From NCBI RefSeq assembly GCF_004010195.1, contig NC_057753.1:11730050-11769587 (forward strand): a stretch of DNA of 39,538 nt, given 5' to 3'. The notes below the pieces were generated by a model, which had not been told where the DNA came from, made no database searches, and saw only the letters and a list, made by a program, of their open reading frames with translations. The translations under genes and the position numbers were made by a program. Positions 10,839 to 21,870 of this stretch are shown here, piece by piece (the stretch's first letter is position 1; each line of letters begins with the position of its first letter). The DNA is from Chiloscyllium plagiosum. Lineage: Eukaryota.

Positions 10839-11261
10839 TCACTCATGAGCCTGTTGGTGTTTCAGCAGGTGGGATAGCTGAGCGAATCCCTTCCTGCACA
10901 CAGCACAGGCGAACGGCCGCTCCCCGGTGTGAAGCCGCTGGTGTATCAGCAGGTTGCACGACTGAGAGAATCCCTTCCCGCACACAGAGCAGGTAAATGG
11001 CCTCTCGCCGGTGTGAATGCGCCCGTGTGTCTCTAGGTGCTGCAGGCGAGTGAACCCCTTCCCACACTCGGGGCAGACGAAGGGACTTTCCCGGGTGTGG
11101 GTACGCTGGTGTCTGTGCAGGTGGGATGAGTCAGCGAACCCTTTCCCACACTCGGCGCAGGTGAACGGCCTCTCCCCAGTGTGACTGCGTCGATGGATCT
11201 CAACCTCAGATGGGGTTCGGAATCCCTTCCCACAGTCCCCACATTTCCACGGTTTCTCCAT
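10839..11261 (-). CDS. C2H2 zinc-finger protein ZNF-B, 5 fingers (alternative in-frame ATG at 11348)
   Basis: Open frame [14 protein letters not shown]...HQQAHE*; five complete fingers with canonical linkers; acceptor CTGACAG ending at 11648. Confidence 0.88.
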   Translation of the reverse strand: MEKPWKCGDCGKGFRTPSEVEIHRRSHTGERPFTCAECGKGFADSSHLHRHQRTHTRESPFVCPECGKGFTRLQHLETHGRIHTGERPFTCSVCGKGFSQSCNLLIHQRLHTGERPFACAVCRKGFAQLSHLLKHQQAHE

Positions 11262-11617
11262 AGTGTGAGGATTGGGCTGATGCTGGTCGTCTACATAAAG
11301 AACACACACATCAGTTTCCCCCCTGCTATGAATGATATAAATATTCATCAGCCTGTGTAAGCTTTTTCATCCAGTCCCTCTCACTCAGGATTGTAACTGG
11401 TTCAAGGCCCTTCCACAGTCAGTGCGCTGAAACATTCTTACTCCTGAGTGTACGGGCATCTTGGTACTCTTGCAGTCTCATCAATGTTTGAAATCTTTCC
11501 CACAAACAGAACAGACAAAGGTACTCCTCCCAAAGACTGATGGTACTCAGGTCCGTTTGAATCAAGTGACTCCGCCAGATCTTGAAGTGATGTTTCCAGT
11601 CTGGGAATACTCTCATT

Positions 11618-11891
11618 TTAAGATTCTGCAAATGGAGATTACAAACCCTGTCAGTACGGGATAGAAATGCGTGAACAGACATCTCTAGTTTCTGCAGAAC
11701 ATGGTTTTCCCTTCTTCCCGATAGCTGAAAATGTCCCGTCCCACATACCCTCTCTTAAGATTCTGCAAATGGAGATTACAAACCCTGTCAGTACGGGATA
11801 GAAATGCGTGAACAGACATCTCTAGTTTCTGCAGAATATGGTTTTCCCTTCTTCTCGATAGCTGAAAATGTCCCGTCCCACATACCCTCTC
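11618..11891. repeat. 137-bp direct tandem duplication including the ZNF-B splice acceptor
   Basis: 11618-11754 repeated at 11755-11891 with about 2 substitutions. Confidence 0.9.
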
Positions 11892-11934
11892 CCTCTGCCT
11901 CCACCCATCGCTTTCCATCAATCCATTTCCCCCA

Positions 11935-11958
11935 TCTCTCTCTCTCTCTCTCTCTCTC
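11935..11958. repeat. (TC)n microsatellite
   Basis: Visible dinucleotide run. Confidence 0.9.
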
Positions 11959-12156
11959 TTTCTATCTCCCTCTATACTTGGGATGGGTTCAACTCTCCAG
12001 CCCTTCTTATGCAGAATGGAAGTTAAATCGATCATTTTCTCTTCTGATTCCAGTGACCCTAAAACTCCCAGTGAATCAAAATGGGTCATTTTATCTGTCA
12101 CGGGAAAAGCCTGCAGGTTTTAGTATCTTCGAACTGACTTGCTCACAAATGCTATC

Positions 12157-12313
12157 ATAGAATCCCTACAGTGTGGAAGTAGGGCATTTGACCCATCAAG
12201 TCCACACCGCCCCTCTGAAGAGCATCCCACCCCTCTACCTATCTCCTGTAACCTTGCACTTCCCATGGCTAATCTACACATCTTTGCACTGTGGGAGGAA
12301 CCCACGCAGACAC
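12157..12313 (-). mobile_element. HE1 SINE 3' half
   Basis: CCCTACAGTGTGGAA tail and V-domain, head missing. Confidence 0.75.
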
Positions 12314-12439
12314 AGAACATAGACTTCACACCTAATGTTTAAAAACCTGAGCTACCTTGAGAATGTAATTTAAAAGCAGTTCTGGGATTTATATATCAAA
12401 GAACAGAAACCAGCAGATCCCATTATAAAAGATGAAATT

Positions 12440-12607
12440 AGGAGAAAGTGAGGACTACAGATGCTGGAGATCAGAGCTGAAAAATGTGTTACTGGAAAAG
12501 CGCAGCAGGTCAGGCAGCATCCAAGGAGCAGGAGAACCGACGTTCGATTCTCCTGCTCCTTGGATGCTGCCTGACCTGCTGCGCTTTTCCAGCAACACAT
12601 TTTTCAG
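12440..12607. mobile_element. Fold-back Penelope-derived insertion with TSD
   Basis: 64-bp inverted arms 12477-12540 / 12544-12607 (2 mismatches); TSD TAAA(A/C)GATGAAATT at 12426-12439 and 12608-12621. Confidence 0.85.
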
Positions 12608-12703
12608 TAAACGATGAAATTCTCAATCAAGGATTGTTACTGTACATGACACTGGACTCCTGTGGCTCTATATTCTGTGAACATGATCTTAACCTCCATA
12701 ACC

Positions 12704-12738
12704 CACCTGATGAAGGAGCAGTGCTCTGAAAGCTAGTG
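12704..12738 (+). ncRNA. Minimal type I hammerhead ribozyme (family B)
   Basis: CAC-CTGATGA-A-GGAGC-AGT-GCTCT-GAAA-GCTA-GTG: stem I CAC/GTG, stem II, palindromic AGCT. Confidence 0.7.
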
Positions 12739-12852
12739 CTTCCAAATAATCCGGTTGGACTATAACCCGATGTTGTGTGATTTTTAACATAGGACATTAC
12801 AGCGCAGTACAGGACCTTCGGCCCTTGATATTGTAGCGACCAGTGAAAAGGG

Positions 12853-13030
12853 GGAGAAGATGCAAACTCCACCCAGACAGTCGCCCGAGGGTGGGATCAA
12901 ACCCAGGTCCCCAGCACTGCAAAGCAGCAGTGCTAACCACTGTGCTGCAATGTTATTGCACACCTCTGGACCAGGTGGGATTTGAACCCCAGGTCTCCCT
13001 ACCCTAGAGGTAGAGACATTATCACTGCAG
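12853..13030 (-). mobile_element. HE1 head fragment plus an adjacent tRNA-derived SINE head
   Basis: B-box-like sequences on the minus strand (GGTTTGATCCC, GGTTCAAATCCC). Confidence 0.6.
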
Positions 13031-13269
13031 GAGCCTACCTGTAGCCTTGGGGCCTCCAGCTTGCGGGTGAATCTTCCCCATCCACCTTCCAGGGTTTCCG
13101 TCTTGATCAGAGCTTTACTGATTCCCACGCCCCTCCCAAAGTGTTACTCCTTATTTATTATTTCCCTCTCCCCTGCCTCCTCGAATTGCACGGCTAGAGT
13201 TGACTCCAGTGTCTCTCTGCCCCCAACCCCCAACATCCCACCGCCTCTGACTGCAGTAGCCATCGCTCC

Positions 13270-13425
13270 CTGTACCAGCTGAGCACAGCTTCCGGGAACA
13301 GTGTCGCGCACGCTCAGTCAGGCCCCCTGGGGCGGAGACCCGGGACTCGATGCACTTGCGCGGCACAACCGCGGCGATGGCGATAGGCCGTATTCACACG
13401 CGCGGGGCGTGCTGGGTAACCTTCC
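13270..13425. promoter_or_regulatory. CpG-rich putative bidirectional promoter between ZNF-B (-) and ZNF-C (+)
   Basis: Local CpG cluster, GGGGCGG box, candidate donors on both strands (TGG|GTAACC + near 13416; CAG|GTAGGC - near 13039). Confidence 0.5.
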
Positions 13426-13624
13426 CTCCATGTGTTACATTGCAAATGCAAGAATCTCTGGCAGGGCTGGGAGCAAGAGATTCCTGAATTTTTTTTAAAC
13501 CAGTTCCGAAGTTCGAGGGTGGATGTTTGAGACTATCAATCAGCACAGCCCGCGCGAAACCCGCAGCAAATAATTTATCTCCTGGGAAACATTTATGTTG
13601 TCCACTGAATATTGTCAGTGTTTT

Positions 13625-13965
13625 GGTTCAAAGACAGAACTAGCTGGAGAAACGCAGACGGTCTGGCAACATCTGTGTAGAGAAAGCAGAGTTAACGTTT
13701 CGAGTTCAGTGACCCTTCTTCAGAACTTCATCATCCTCATGACCTGACCCACCGGTCAATCTTCCTTCTCACCTATTCACTCCGCCCTATCATCTTCTCT
13801 CAGCTACCTTCTTCCCAGCCCCACCTCCCAATCATTTATCTCTCCACTCTGCAGGCACCCTGTCTTTACTCCTGATGAAGGGCTTTTGCCCGAAGTGTCG
13901 ATTTTCCTGCTCCTCCGATGCTACCTGACCTGCTGTGTTTTTTCCAGAACCACTCTAATCTTGAC
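13625..13965. mobile_element. Two Penelope terminal repeats in opposite orientation around a 3' UTR piece
   Basis: Minus-strand family C repeat 13625-13727; plus-strand family A repeat ending CCAGAACCACTCTAATCTTGAC. Confidence 0.65.
13691..13726 (-). ncRNA. Minimal type I hammerhead ribozyme (family C)
   Basis: Reverse complement GTT-CTGAAGA-A-GGGT-CACTGA-ACTC-GAAA-CGTT-AAC: stem I GTT/AAC, palindromic ACGT. Confidence 0.7.
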
Positions 13966-14183
13966 TGTTAGGCAAGGCAGTTCCAGGATTCTGACCCAGA
14001 GACAGCCGGTATACTTCCACCCTGTCTTTACTCCTGATGAAGGGCTTTTGCCCGAAATGTCGATTTTCCTGCTTCTCCGATGCTACCTGACCTGCTGTGT
14101 TTTTTTTCCAGAACCACTCTAATCTTGACTGTTAGGGAAGGCAGTTCCAGGATTCTGACCCAGAGACAGCCGGTATACTTCCA
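13856..14183 (+). repeat. 162-bp tandem duplication, each unit with a hammerhead-like core (13872-13899, 14034-14061)
   Basis: CACCCTGTCTTTACTCCTGATGAAGGGCTTTTGCCCGAA at 13856 and 14018. Confidence 0.9.
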
Positions 14184-15364
14184 AGTCGGGACAGTGAGTG
14201 GCCCGGATGGGGAGCTTGCGTGGGCTGGTGTTTTCATCTGTCTGCTGCCCCCCTGTCTTTCTAAATGCAAGCGGTCAGGAGGTTGGAAGGTGCCGTTTAA
14301 GACCTTTAGTGAATTTCCGAAGTGTGTTTTGTTAGCGCTTGACAGCGCCAGGGACCCCAGTTCGATGCCAGCCTTGGGGGCAACTGTCAGTGTAGAGTTT
14401 ACACGTTCTCCCACAGAGTCCAGACATGTGCTGGCTCGGAGGAGTAGACAATGCGGAGTTATGCGGGCAGGGTGTGGGTCTGGGTCGGATGTCTCCCGAG
14501 TCTGTACAGACTGTAAGGCATCAGTGGTTGAGAGAGTGGATGCATGTGCATGTTATTTTGTCCTGGATGGTTATAGAGTGAGAGAGGTCTCCAGCACGAG
14601 AGGAAGGCCCTTTGGCCCATTGAGACAAAAACAAGCAACTATTCTACTCCTATTTACCTGCACTTGGCTCACAGCCTTGTTTGCCTTGACATTGTTAGTG
14701 CATATCTAAATACTTCTTAAATGTGACGAGGATTTCTGCCTCCACCACCCTTAGAAGCAGCGGGAGCTGAGATGACTGAGCTCTAACAACCACAACCAAC
14801 TTCATTTGTGCCAGGTATGAGTCCTACAAGCGAAGCGTTTTCATTCCCCAAATTCCTCAGTTTTGACAGGAATCCTTGATGCTGCACTCAGTCAATTCTC
14901 ACCTCACCTCTGGAATCCAGCTCTCTTGACCCTGTTTGAACTGAGATTGTGATGAAGTCAGGAACTGAGTGGCCCTGGCAGAATCCAAACTGGCTGTCAC
15001 TGAGCAGGTTATTGCTGAGCCAGAGCTGCTTGATAGCTCTGTTGATGACAACTTCCATCACTTTCCTGCTGGTGGAGGGTAGGCTGATGGAGTGTCCAGT
15101 TTAGTTTGTCCTGCCTTTTTTGTGTACAGGACACATTTGGGCAACTTGCCACTGAGTCAGGTTTGTGCCAGCGTTTTGGCTAGACCGGAAAAGCTGAGCT
15201 AGGGCTGAGGTATATCTGGAGCAGAATTCTTCAGCGTTGGTAAAATCCTGTTACCAGGCCTGGGGAGGGGAACGGAGGATTTGTAAACACCAAACTCACA
15301 CCCACAAAAAGTGTTGGTCTCTTTTTGAATTTCTAACCTAAAGTTGTCTACAATCTTCCTGCAG

Positions 15365-15578
15365 AGTAGAACCAGAAGATTGACAGATGTGAAGGTGAGG
15401 TCAAACGCCACGTTGAGATTTGACTGGGGTCACTCATTTCTTCAGGATCTGAACGTCATAAGTCTTGGAACATGGAAGGACAAAAGGTTTGTCTGTTCTG
15501 CCTATGGGTGGGGGATTTCAAGTGTTAGTTTGAATGGAAAAGCGCTGTGATTCACAAACGTGGTCAGGTCAACTCCAG
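15365..15578 (+). other. Probable non-coding exon derived from a ZNF exon leader (fossil finger)
   Basis: Acceptor CTTCCTGCAG (15364), donor CAG|GTAAGC (15579); GAACATGGAAGGA..TTTGTCTGTTCTG matches ZNF-B and ZNF-D leaders. Confidence 0.5.
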
Positions 15579-15744
15579 GTAAGCTGCGTTCAGTTCTGAG
15601 CAATTAGCCTCAGTCGAGGTCGCTTTAGAGGGAGTGCAACTGGTTCACCTGGTGACCTCCCAACTGCAAGTGCTAAAATACAAAGGGACATTTCACAAAC
15701 ATGTCATTGTGGCACAGAAGGGGTTTACCTTAAAACGCGTGTAC

Positions 15745-15980
15745 CAACAGATTCAAGAACAGCTTCTTCCCCGCTCTTATTGGACTTCTGAATGGACCTC
15801 TCCAATTACAAACGTAATGTTGACCTTGCTCTTTATGCACCGCCTCTGAAGCTGTAACATTGTATTCCTCCCTCTGACCTATTACCCTAATTATCTCTGT
15901 ATGGTATAATCTGCCGTACTATATGCAAAACAAAACTTTTCGCTGTACCTAGTTATTTGTGGCAACACTACATCAAATTA
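15745..15980 (+). mobile_element. LINE 3' end remnant (Rex1/L2-like)
   Basis: ACCAACAGATTCAAGAACAGCTTCTTCCCC (TNRFKNSFFP) then UTR; similar to 16720-16880. Confidence 0.5.
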
Positions 15981-16481
15981 AAAATTCAGCCCATTGAGTC
16001 CAAGTACTGGGGACAGAGAGTCTGAGTGTGATGGGGTTTTACAGCTTTGGGAGAGTGAGAGGGGATAAATATTGATAACAATTAGATTAGTTGGTAAATT
16101 ACTAACTCGGTCTGACCGTGATGATTTCTGTAATGCCCTTCTACAGGGAATTCAAAAGGGGAGAGGTTACATTCAGAAGGCTCGAATCAAACAACACAGC
16201 AAGTCACTTGAGACATCAGGACCTGAATATCATCAGCCATTGCATATGGAAGGGGAAGTGCGTATCTCTTTGCTCTGACTTTGAGGATGCATTTTAAGGG
16301 TCAGTGTGGCTGGAAAAAGTACTGAGGGACGGACACACACACACGTGTGAGAGTGTTCCAGTGCAGCAGTGAGCGTGGAAGGACCTTTAACCAGTTACAC
16401 AGCCTGAAGAAAATAAAACACACCATTCAAAGTGTCTGCACACAAGGATTGAACCTGAAGAGACAGATGGACACCAGCTCC

Positions 16482-16718
16482 ATGGTGAAACTGTGGAGAC
16501 GCGCGGACTGCGGGAAGGGATTCAATCACCCATCTCGGCTGGAATTTCACCGTCGGGCTCACACTGGGGAGAAGCCGTGGGAGTGCGGGGACTGCGGGAA
16601 GGGATTCAATTATCACTACCTGCTGGAAACCCATCAACGCAGCCACACCGGGGAGAGGCCGGACATGTGCTCCGAATGCGGGAAGGCGTTCGCTCAGTCG
16701 GCCTGCCTGATGTCACAC
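16482..16718 (+). pseudogene. Truncated C2H2 zinc-finger pseudogene ZNF-C
   Basis: [10 protein letters not shown] (first Cys lost), one intact finger, third finger broken at LMSHP by a LINE-tail-like sequence; acceptor CTTCTACAG at 16146. Confidence 0.75.
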
Positions 16719-18409
16719 CCTTCTGAAAGCAGCTCTCAAATTTCAAAACCTATTGTTGAGCTCGCCCTGTGTGCACCTTCTCCGCACCTGTAACATCACA
16801 TCCCTCGCTCTGTTCTATAACCCTCTGATCTCTGTGCAGCACGATCTGCCTGTACTGAAAACTTTTCACCGGCCTGTCAGTGTCTGGATTATTAAGCAAC
16901 AGGACTCAGATTATGCATGTAACAGGAAGCTCGTTATTAATGTAATTGGTCTCTGGGCATTGCCGTGACAGGGCATTAATGACGACACAAAAGCGGTTGG
17001 AAAGGCTAGAATTAGCCAGGATTAACCCAAGAGTCCACAGAGGGTTGAGAGAGTGGATGTGGGAGTACTGCGTGTGAAAACAGGCTCTGGCTATACATAG
17101 AGAGTAAAGAAAGTGGGTTATTTTACCAGTGAAGCCAAAAGGGTGCAGAGGAGTCGTGATAAGGATTCAAAGTCATGAACAATTCCAACAGAGTAAGTGA
17201 GGAGAAAGTGTCTCCGGTGCGACACCGAGATATCGAAGGCTCTAGGCTAAGTGCTGGAACGTGGGATTAGAATACAGAGGAATCTCAACATTCTGAATAT
17301 TAATTGCCTGAATTTTGGACTATCTGAGGAAGATCTCAAGGTCTCATAAAAGCGTTCCATCAAAGAGGTGTTACCAACACTGGTGTGACAATCATATTTT
17401 CTGTTGACAATGATTAAAAGTTGAAGTCGGCTTACTGAAGTGCTGCCAAGAACAGTCCTGGGCATTGTTGGGAGCACAGGCACCACTTCCAAATGACTGA
17501 CCTCCCTCCCTCCCCTCTCTCTCTCCAAACAAAGACAGACAGAGTGACGATCTGGGCAAATTCAGAACACTGAATATTCTCAAATACAGACCCCTGATCA
17601 TCTCCCCAACATTGTACAGGGCAGAGCGGAACCTTGTTGACTGGCCCACTGTGCTGCTGCCTACTCTCCTGAATGGGGAGTGGACTTGCTCTGTCAATCC
17701 CACTGAAGTGAAGCAGCGGCGGGGAGAGGCTACAGCAATGCTGCAGGTTCCTTGCACACAAGTGTGTATCTGCTCAGGAACAAACCCCTGAGACACAGGG
17801 AGGGAGCAAGGCAAGGCAGAGTGAGGAAAACTCCCGAGTCCCAGAGGAAAGGCATTGAATCAGTCATCTGAATAATCAATTGTCCGTACGAAATACTGCC
17901 CGCCCATCTCATTCAGATAATCAGATCCTCTGCAGTTAGCTGCTTGCTTTAGACTGGCACAGACCCCCGATGGGCTGAAGGGCCTTTATCTGTGCTGTAG
18001 ATCTCCATGGCTCTGAATAGGAGGGGACTTTGCAGAAGAAAGGAAGATTAGAGAAGGGGCAGTAGTTTGTGTAATGGTGGGGTTGAGAGTTTTGTTTCCC
18101 CCCCCCCCTCAGGTCGGGGGAAGACGGTGAATGTGAAGATGAAAGAGAGACAACCACAAACATTGCCTGTGAATGTGGGCGTTTGCACAGTCATTGGTTT
18201 TGTAGGAGTAAGGTTGAGAGACTCGGAATCGGGCCTCGTTGGAAAGGTGAGCTCTGACAGGTTATAACTGGAGAGAAACAGGAGAAAGGTACGAGCGGAG
18301 GTTTTCAAAAAAATACCTTTGGGGGGGGAAAGCTGCCTGTTGATTCATGGTATCTGATCGGATGGCCTCAAGGTAGTCTTAGTGACACATTTCATGAGCT
18401 CCTGACACT

Positions 18410-19372
18410 TGTGACAGGGACCAGCCCACCCCCTCAAAACATATTAAGCAGACAGCCTAGACCCAACCCTTTTCTTATTTTAAAATGCATCGCATTCCAG
18501 ATGCAATTTGATTGGTCAAACTACCAGGCTTGAAGCAAAACACACTTTATTCTTATACTATAGTTCAAAGAAAGAAAACATTGGAATAACTTAACTCTAT
18601 GAGAAAACTCAACAGAATAATGGATGACTTTACGACTGAATAATCACGGTTCCAGGATAGTATAACGTTTCATAAACACACCCCCTTGGCAAAGGCAAAC
18701 TTAGTAAAATAGATTGTCTCGATTAGATTAGCTTAGATTCCCTACAGTGTGGAAACAGGCCCTTTGGCCCGACAAGTCCACACCAACCCTCCGAAGAGTA
18801 ACCCACCCAGACCCATTTCCCTCTGACTAATGCAACTAACACTATGGGCAATGTAGCTTGGCCAATCCATCTGATCTGCAAGTTTTTTTTTTAGGTTGTG
18901 GGAGGAAACCGGAGCACCCAGAGGAAACCCACCCAGACACGGGAGAATGTGCAAACTCCACACAGATCGTGTTACCCAAGGCTGGAATCAAACCTGGGTC
19001 CCTGGCGCTGTGAGGCTGCAGTGCTAACCAACGAGCCACCATGCAATTCTACAGACCAGTAGGCAAAACATCAAGAGAAGCCTCTGAGACTGAGAGGGTG
19101 GCAGGGACAGATGTACTGCAGCTTCCAAACTCGATTTCAAGACCCCAGCAACTGCTCCTAAAAGACTACAACCAATAATCCTGGCTCTGGGGTGGGAGCT
19201 TGATCTCACCCATTCAGGCTGCTTCTATTGTTCCAACTTCAAAACAAACAAAAAAAAATCCCAAGCCCTCTCAAGCTGTTTACTTTATTGGATTCAAATA
19301 GACTTTTCGGTACTCCTGTCTTAAAACCTCTCTTCAAAACAAAAATCCAGGACCTGTTAAAGCCATCATACA
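18410..19372. mobile_element. Possible solo LTR with nested HE1
   Basis: TGTGA...ATACA termini around about 640 bp of non-SINE sequence; no clear TSD. Confidence 0.3.
18721..19043 (-). mobile_element. HE1 SINE
   Basis: Tail, V-domain and head in reverse. Confidence 0.88.
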
Positions 19373-19877
19373 ATGAGAGTGGGGGAGACCCAGAGAGCAC
19401 AGAAACAAGAGTAGATCATTCTATTGCACCGGCTCTGCCATTCAGTTAGATTATGCTGATCATTTTCCACCTGCATTATTCCCATCATGTCATCAGTGCC
19501 CAGGAAACTATTGATTTCTGTCTCAAACATTCTCAGTCATTGGAGCATCCAGAAACCTCTGGTTTGAGAATGCCAAAGAGTCGACATCCTCTGAGTGGAA
19601 AAAGGTCGTCCTTAAACGACTTGCTTCTTACTACATCCACTGGTTCCACACGCTGAAGCCAGGGGAAATGTACTGTGAACATCCACTTTGTGAGAATCTT
19701 GTATAAATGAGATCATCAATCATGTTATGAAGCCCAGCTGATGGTAATGGTGCACAAATAGATCATAGGTTTTATTTTTTGGTGTTTAGTTAGGATGGTA
19801 GTCACTGAATATATTCATATGAGGCTGCCAATGTTCTTTTAACAAAATAGTTGATTACACAACAAAAATCCTGTATA

Positions 19878-20303
19878 TATAGAGTCATAGAGATGTTCAG
19901 CATGGTAACAGACCCTTCGGTCCAACCCATCCATGCCAAACAGATATCCCAACCCAACATAGTCCCACCTGCCAGCACCCGGCCCATATCCCTCCAAACC
20001 CTTCCTATTCATATACCCATCCAAATGCCTCTTAAATGTCACAACTGTACCAGCCTCCACCACTTCTTCTGGCAGCTCATTCCATACACGTACCATCCTC
20101 TGCCTGAAAACGTTGCCCCTTAGGTCTCTTTTATATCTTTCCCCTCTCACCTTAAACCTATGCCCTCTAGTTCTAGACTCCCCAACCCCAGGGAAAAGAC
20201 TTTGCCTATTTATCCTATCCATGCCCCTCATAATTTTGTAAACCTCTAGAAGGTCACCCCTCAGCCTCCGATGCTCCAGGGAAAACAGCCCCAGCTTGTT
20301 TAA
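19878..20303 (-). mobile_element. CR1/HER1 LINE 3' fragment
   Basis: SRTRGHRFKVRGERYKRDLRGNVF..VWNELPEEVV. Confidence 0.9.
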
Positions 20304-20359
20304 GCCATCTCCCAGTGATGTCCTTTGCAGATACTCAATCCCAGTACAGTGCCATCTGA

Positions 20360-20730
20360 CCCATTTTTAAATGTTGCAGCTATAGCTCATCCCGAATTGC
20401 CCTCCAGGTGGTAATGAGCTGTCTTCCTGAACATCTGCAGATCTTGTAGGTGTCAGATCACCTATAATACTGTCAGGAAAGAAGTTCCAGGGTTTTGACC
20501 TGGTGACGGTGAAAGAATTTGCAATGCACTTCCACGTTCAGGGTGGAGTGTAGTTGGGAAGGAACTTGCAGAAGGCGGGGTTCCCACATGCTTGCTCTCC
20601 TTGTCCTTTGAGATGACAGAGATCAAGGGTTTGGAAGTTGGAAGGAGTCGTCTTGATTGCACTGCAGTTTGGAGATGGTGTTTCTGCCACGGTCCATCGG
20701 TGAGGAGGCAGTGAATGTCGAAAATGGTGG
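20360..20730 (-). mobile_element. Old LINE 3' region sharing a tail with the second SINE family
   Basis: Reverse complement GGGCAATTCGGGATGAGC; related fragments at 13965-14310 and 38420-38560. Confidence 0.5.
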
Positions 20731-20890
20731 ATGGAGTGGGCTTTACATCTCTTCTGTTTCATTCACCTACAGAAGCTTTTACCATTGACCTTTTGTTTCC
20801 ACAGAAGCTTCTATCCACCTTCTGTTTTTGCCTTCATCGGTTTCTTGGCTGGATTCTAAATTGCTCCCATTCCCCTGCGTACCATGTCTT

Positions 20891-21200
20891 ATTAGAATCC
20901 CTACAGTGTGGAAACAGGCCATTTGGCCCAACCAGTCCACACCGACCCTCCGAAGAGTAACCCACCCAGACCCATTTCCCCCTGACTAATGCGCCTAACA
21001 CTAGGGCAATTTAGCAAGACCAATTCACCCTGAGCTGCAAATCTTTGGACTGTGGGAGGAAACTGGAGCACCCGGAGGAAACCCACGCAGACGCAGCGGG
21101 GAGAATGTGCAAACTCCACACAGACAGTCACCCCCAAGGCTGGAGTCGAACCTGGGTCCCTGGCGCTGTGAGGCAGCAGTGCTAACCACTGAGCCAGTGT
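20891..21200 (-). mobile_element. HE1 SINE
   Basis: Full reverse-orientation copy. Confidence 0.88.
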
Positions 21201-21551
21201 TCTTACAATCATACAATCCTTTGATCTAATTCAATCTTTAAGTCCTTTTGTTGTCTGAAGTAGATTTATTTTTCCTGTCGCATACAAAATCCTCTAAGAA
21301 ATGATTTTTTTTTGTCGACCGGGTAGTGCTTCTTCAAGTAAAAGCTGCTGCTGGTTGATTTTCAAGCCGTTTAGTGTATCTAGCCAATCCGTCGTAACAA
21401 ATTGCTGCTCACACCGTTCATTCCAAATCTGTACAACAGAAACTGTGCGTGCATATCACATCAAATTAATTAAACACTTTACAATGTCATGACCATTAAT
21501 TCCCAAAGCAACCCTCGACATTTTCACGGAAAGGTGGGCGCTGCAGGGAGT

Positions 21552-21870
21552 GATTAGATTAGATTCCCTACAGTGTGGAAACAGGCACCTCGGCCTGACC
21601 AGTCCACACCGACCCTCCGAAGAGTAACCCACCCAGACCCATTTTCCCTCTGACTAATGCACCTAATACTACGGGCAATTTAGTACAGCCAATTCACCTG
21701 ACCTGCACAGCTTTGGACTGTGAGCGGAAACCGGAGCACCCGGAGGAAACTCACGCAGACATGGGGAGAACGTGCAAACTCCACACAGACCGTTGCCCAA
21801 GGCTAGATTTGAACCTGGGTCCCTGGTGCTGTGAGGCAGCAGTGCTAACCACTGAGCCACCGTGCCGCCC
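21552..21870 (-). mobile_element. HE1 SINE
   Basis: Full reverse-orientation copy with (GATTA)n tail. Confidence 0.9.

Larger units (their letters stand above)
12330..12788 (+). mobile_element. Penelope-like family B 3' region with nested fold-back element
   Basis: Ends CCACCTGATGAAGGAGCAGTGCTCTGAAAGCTAGTGCTTCCAAATAA..GTTGGACTATAACC. Confidence 0.65.

Noticed and set aside
12960..13030. tRNA gene
   Set aside because: A/B-box-like SINE head without a convincing cloverleaf; the same applies to HE1 heads
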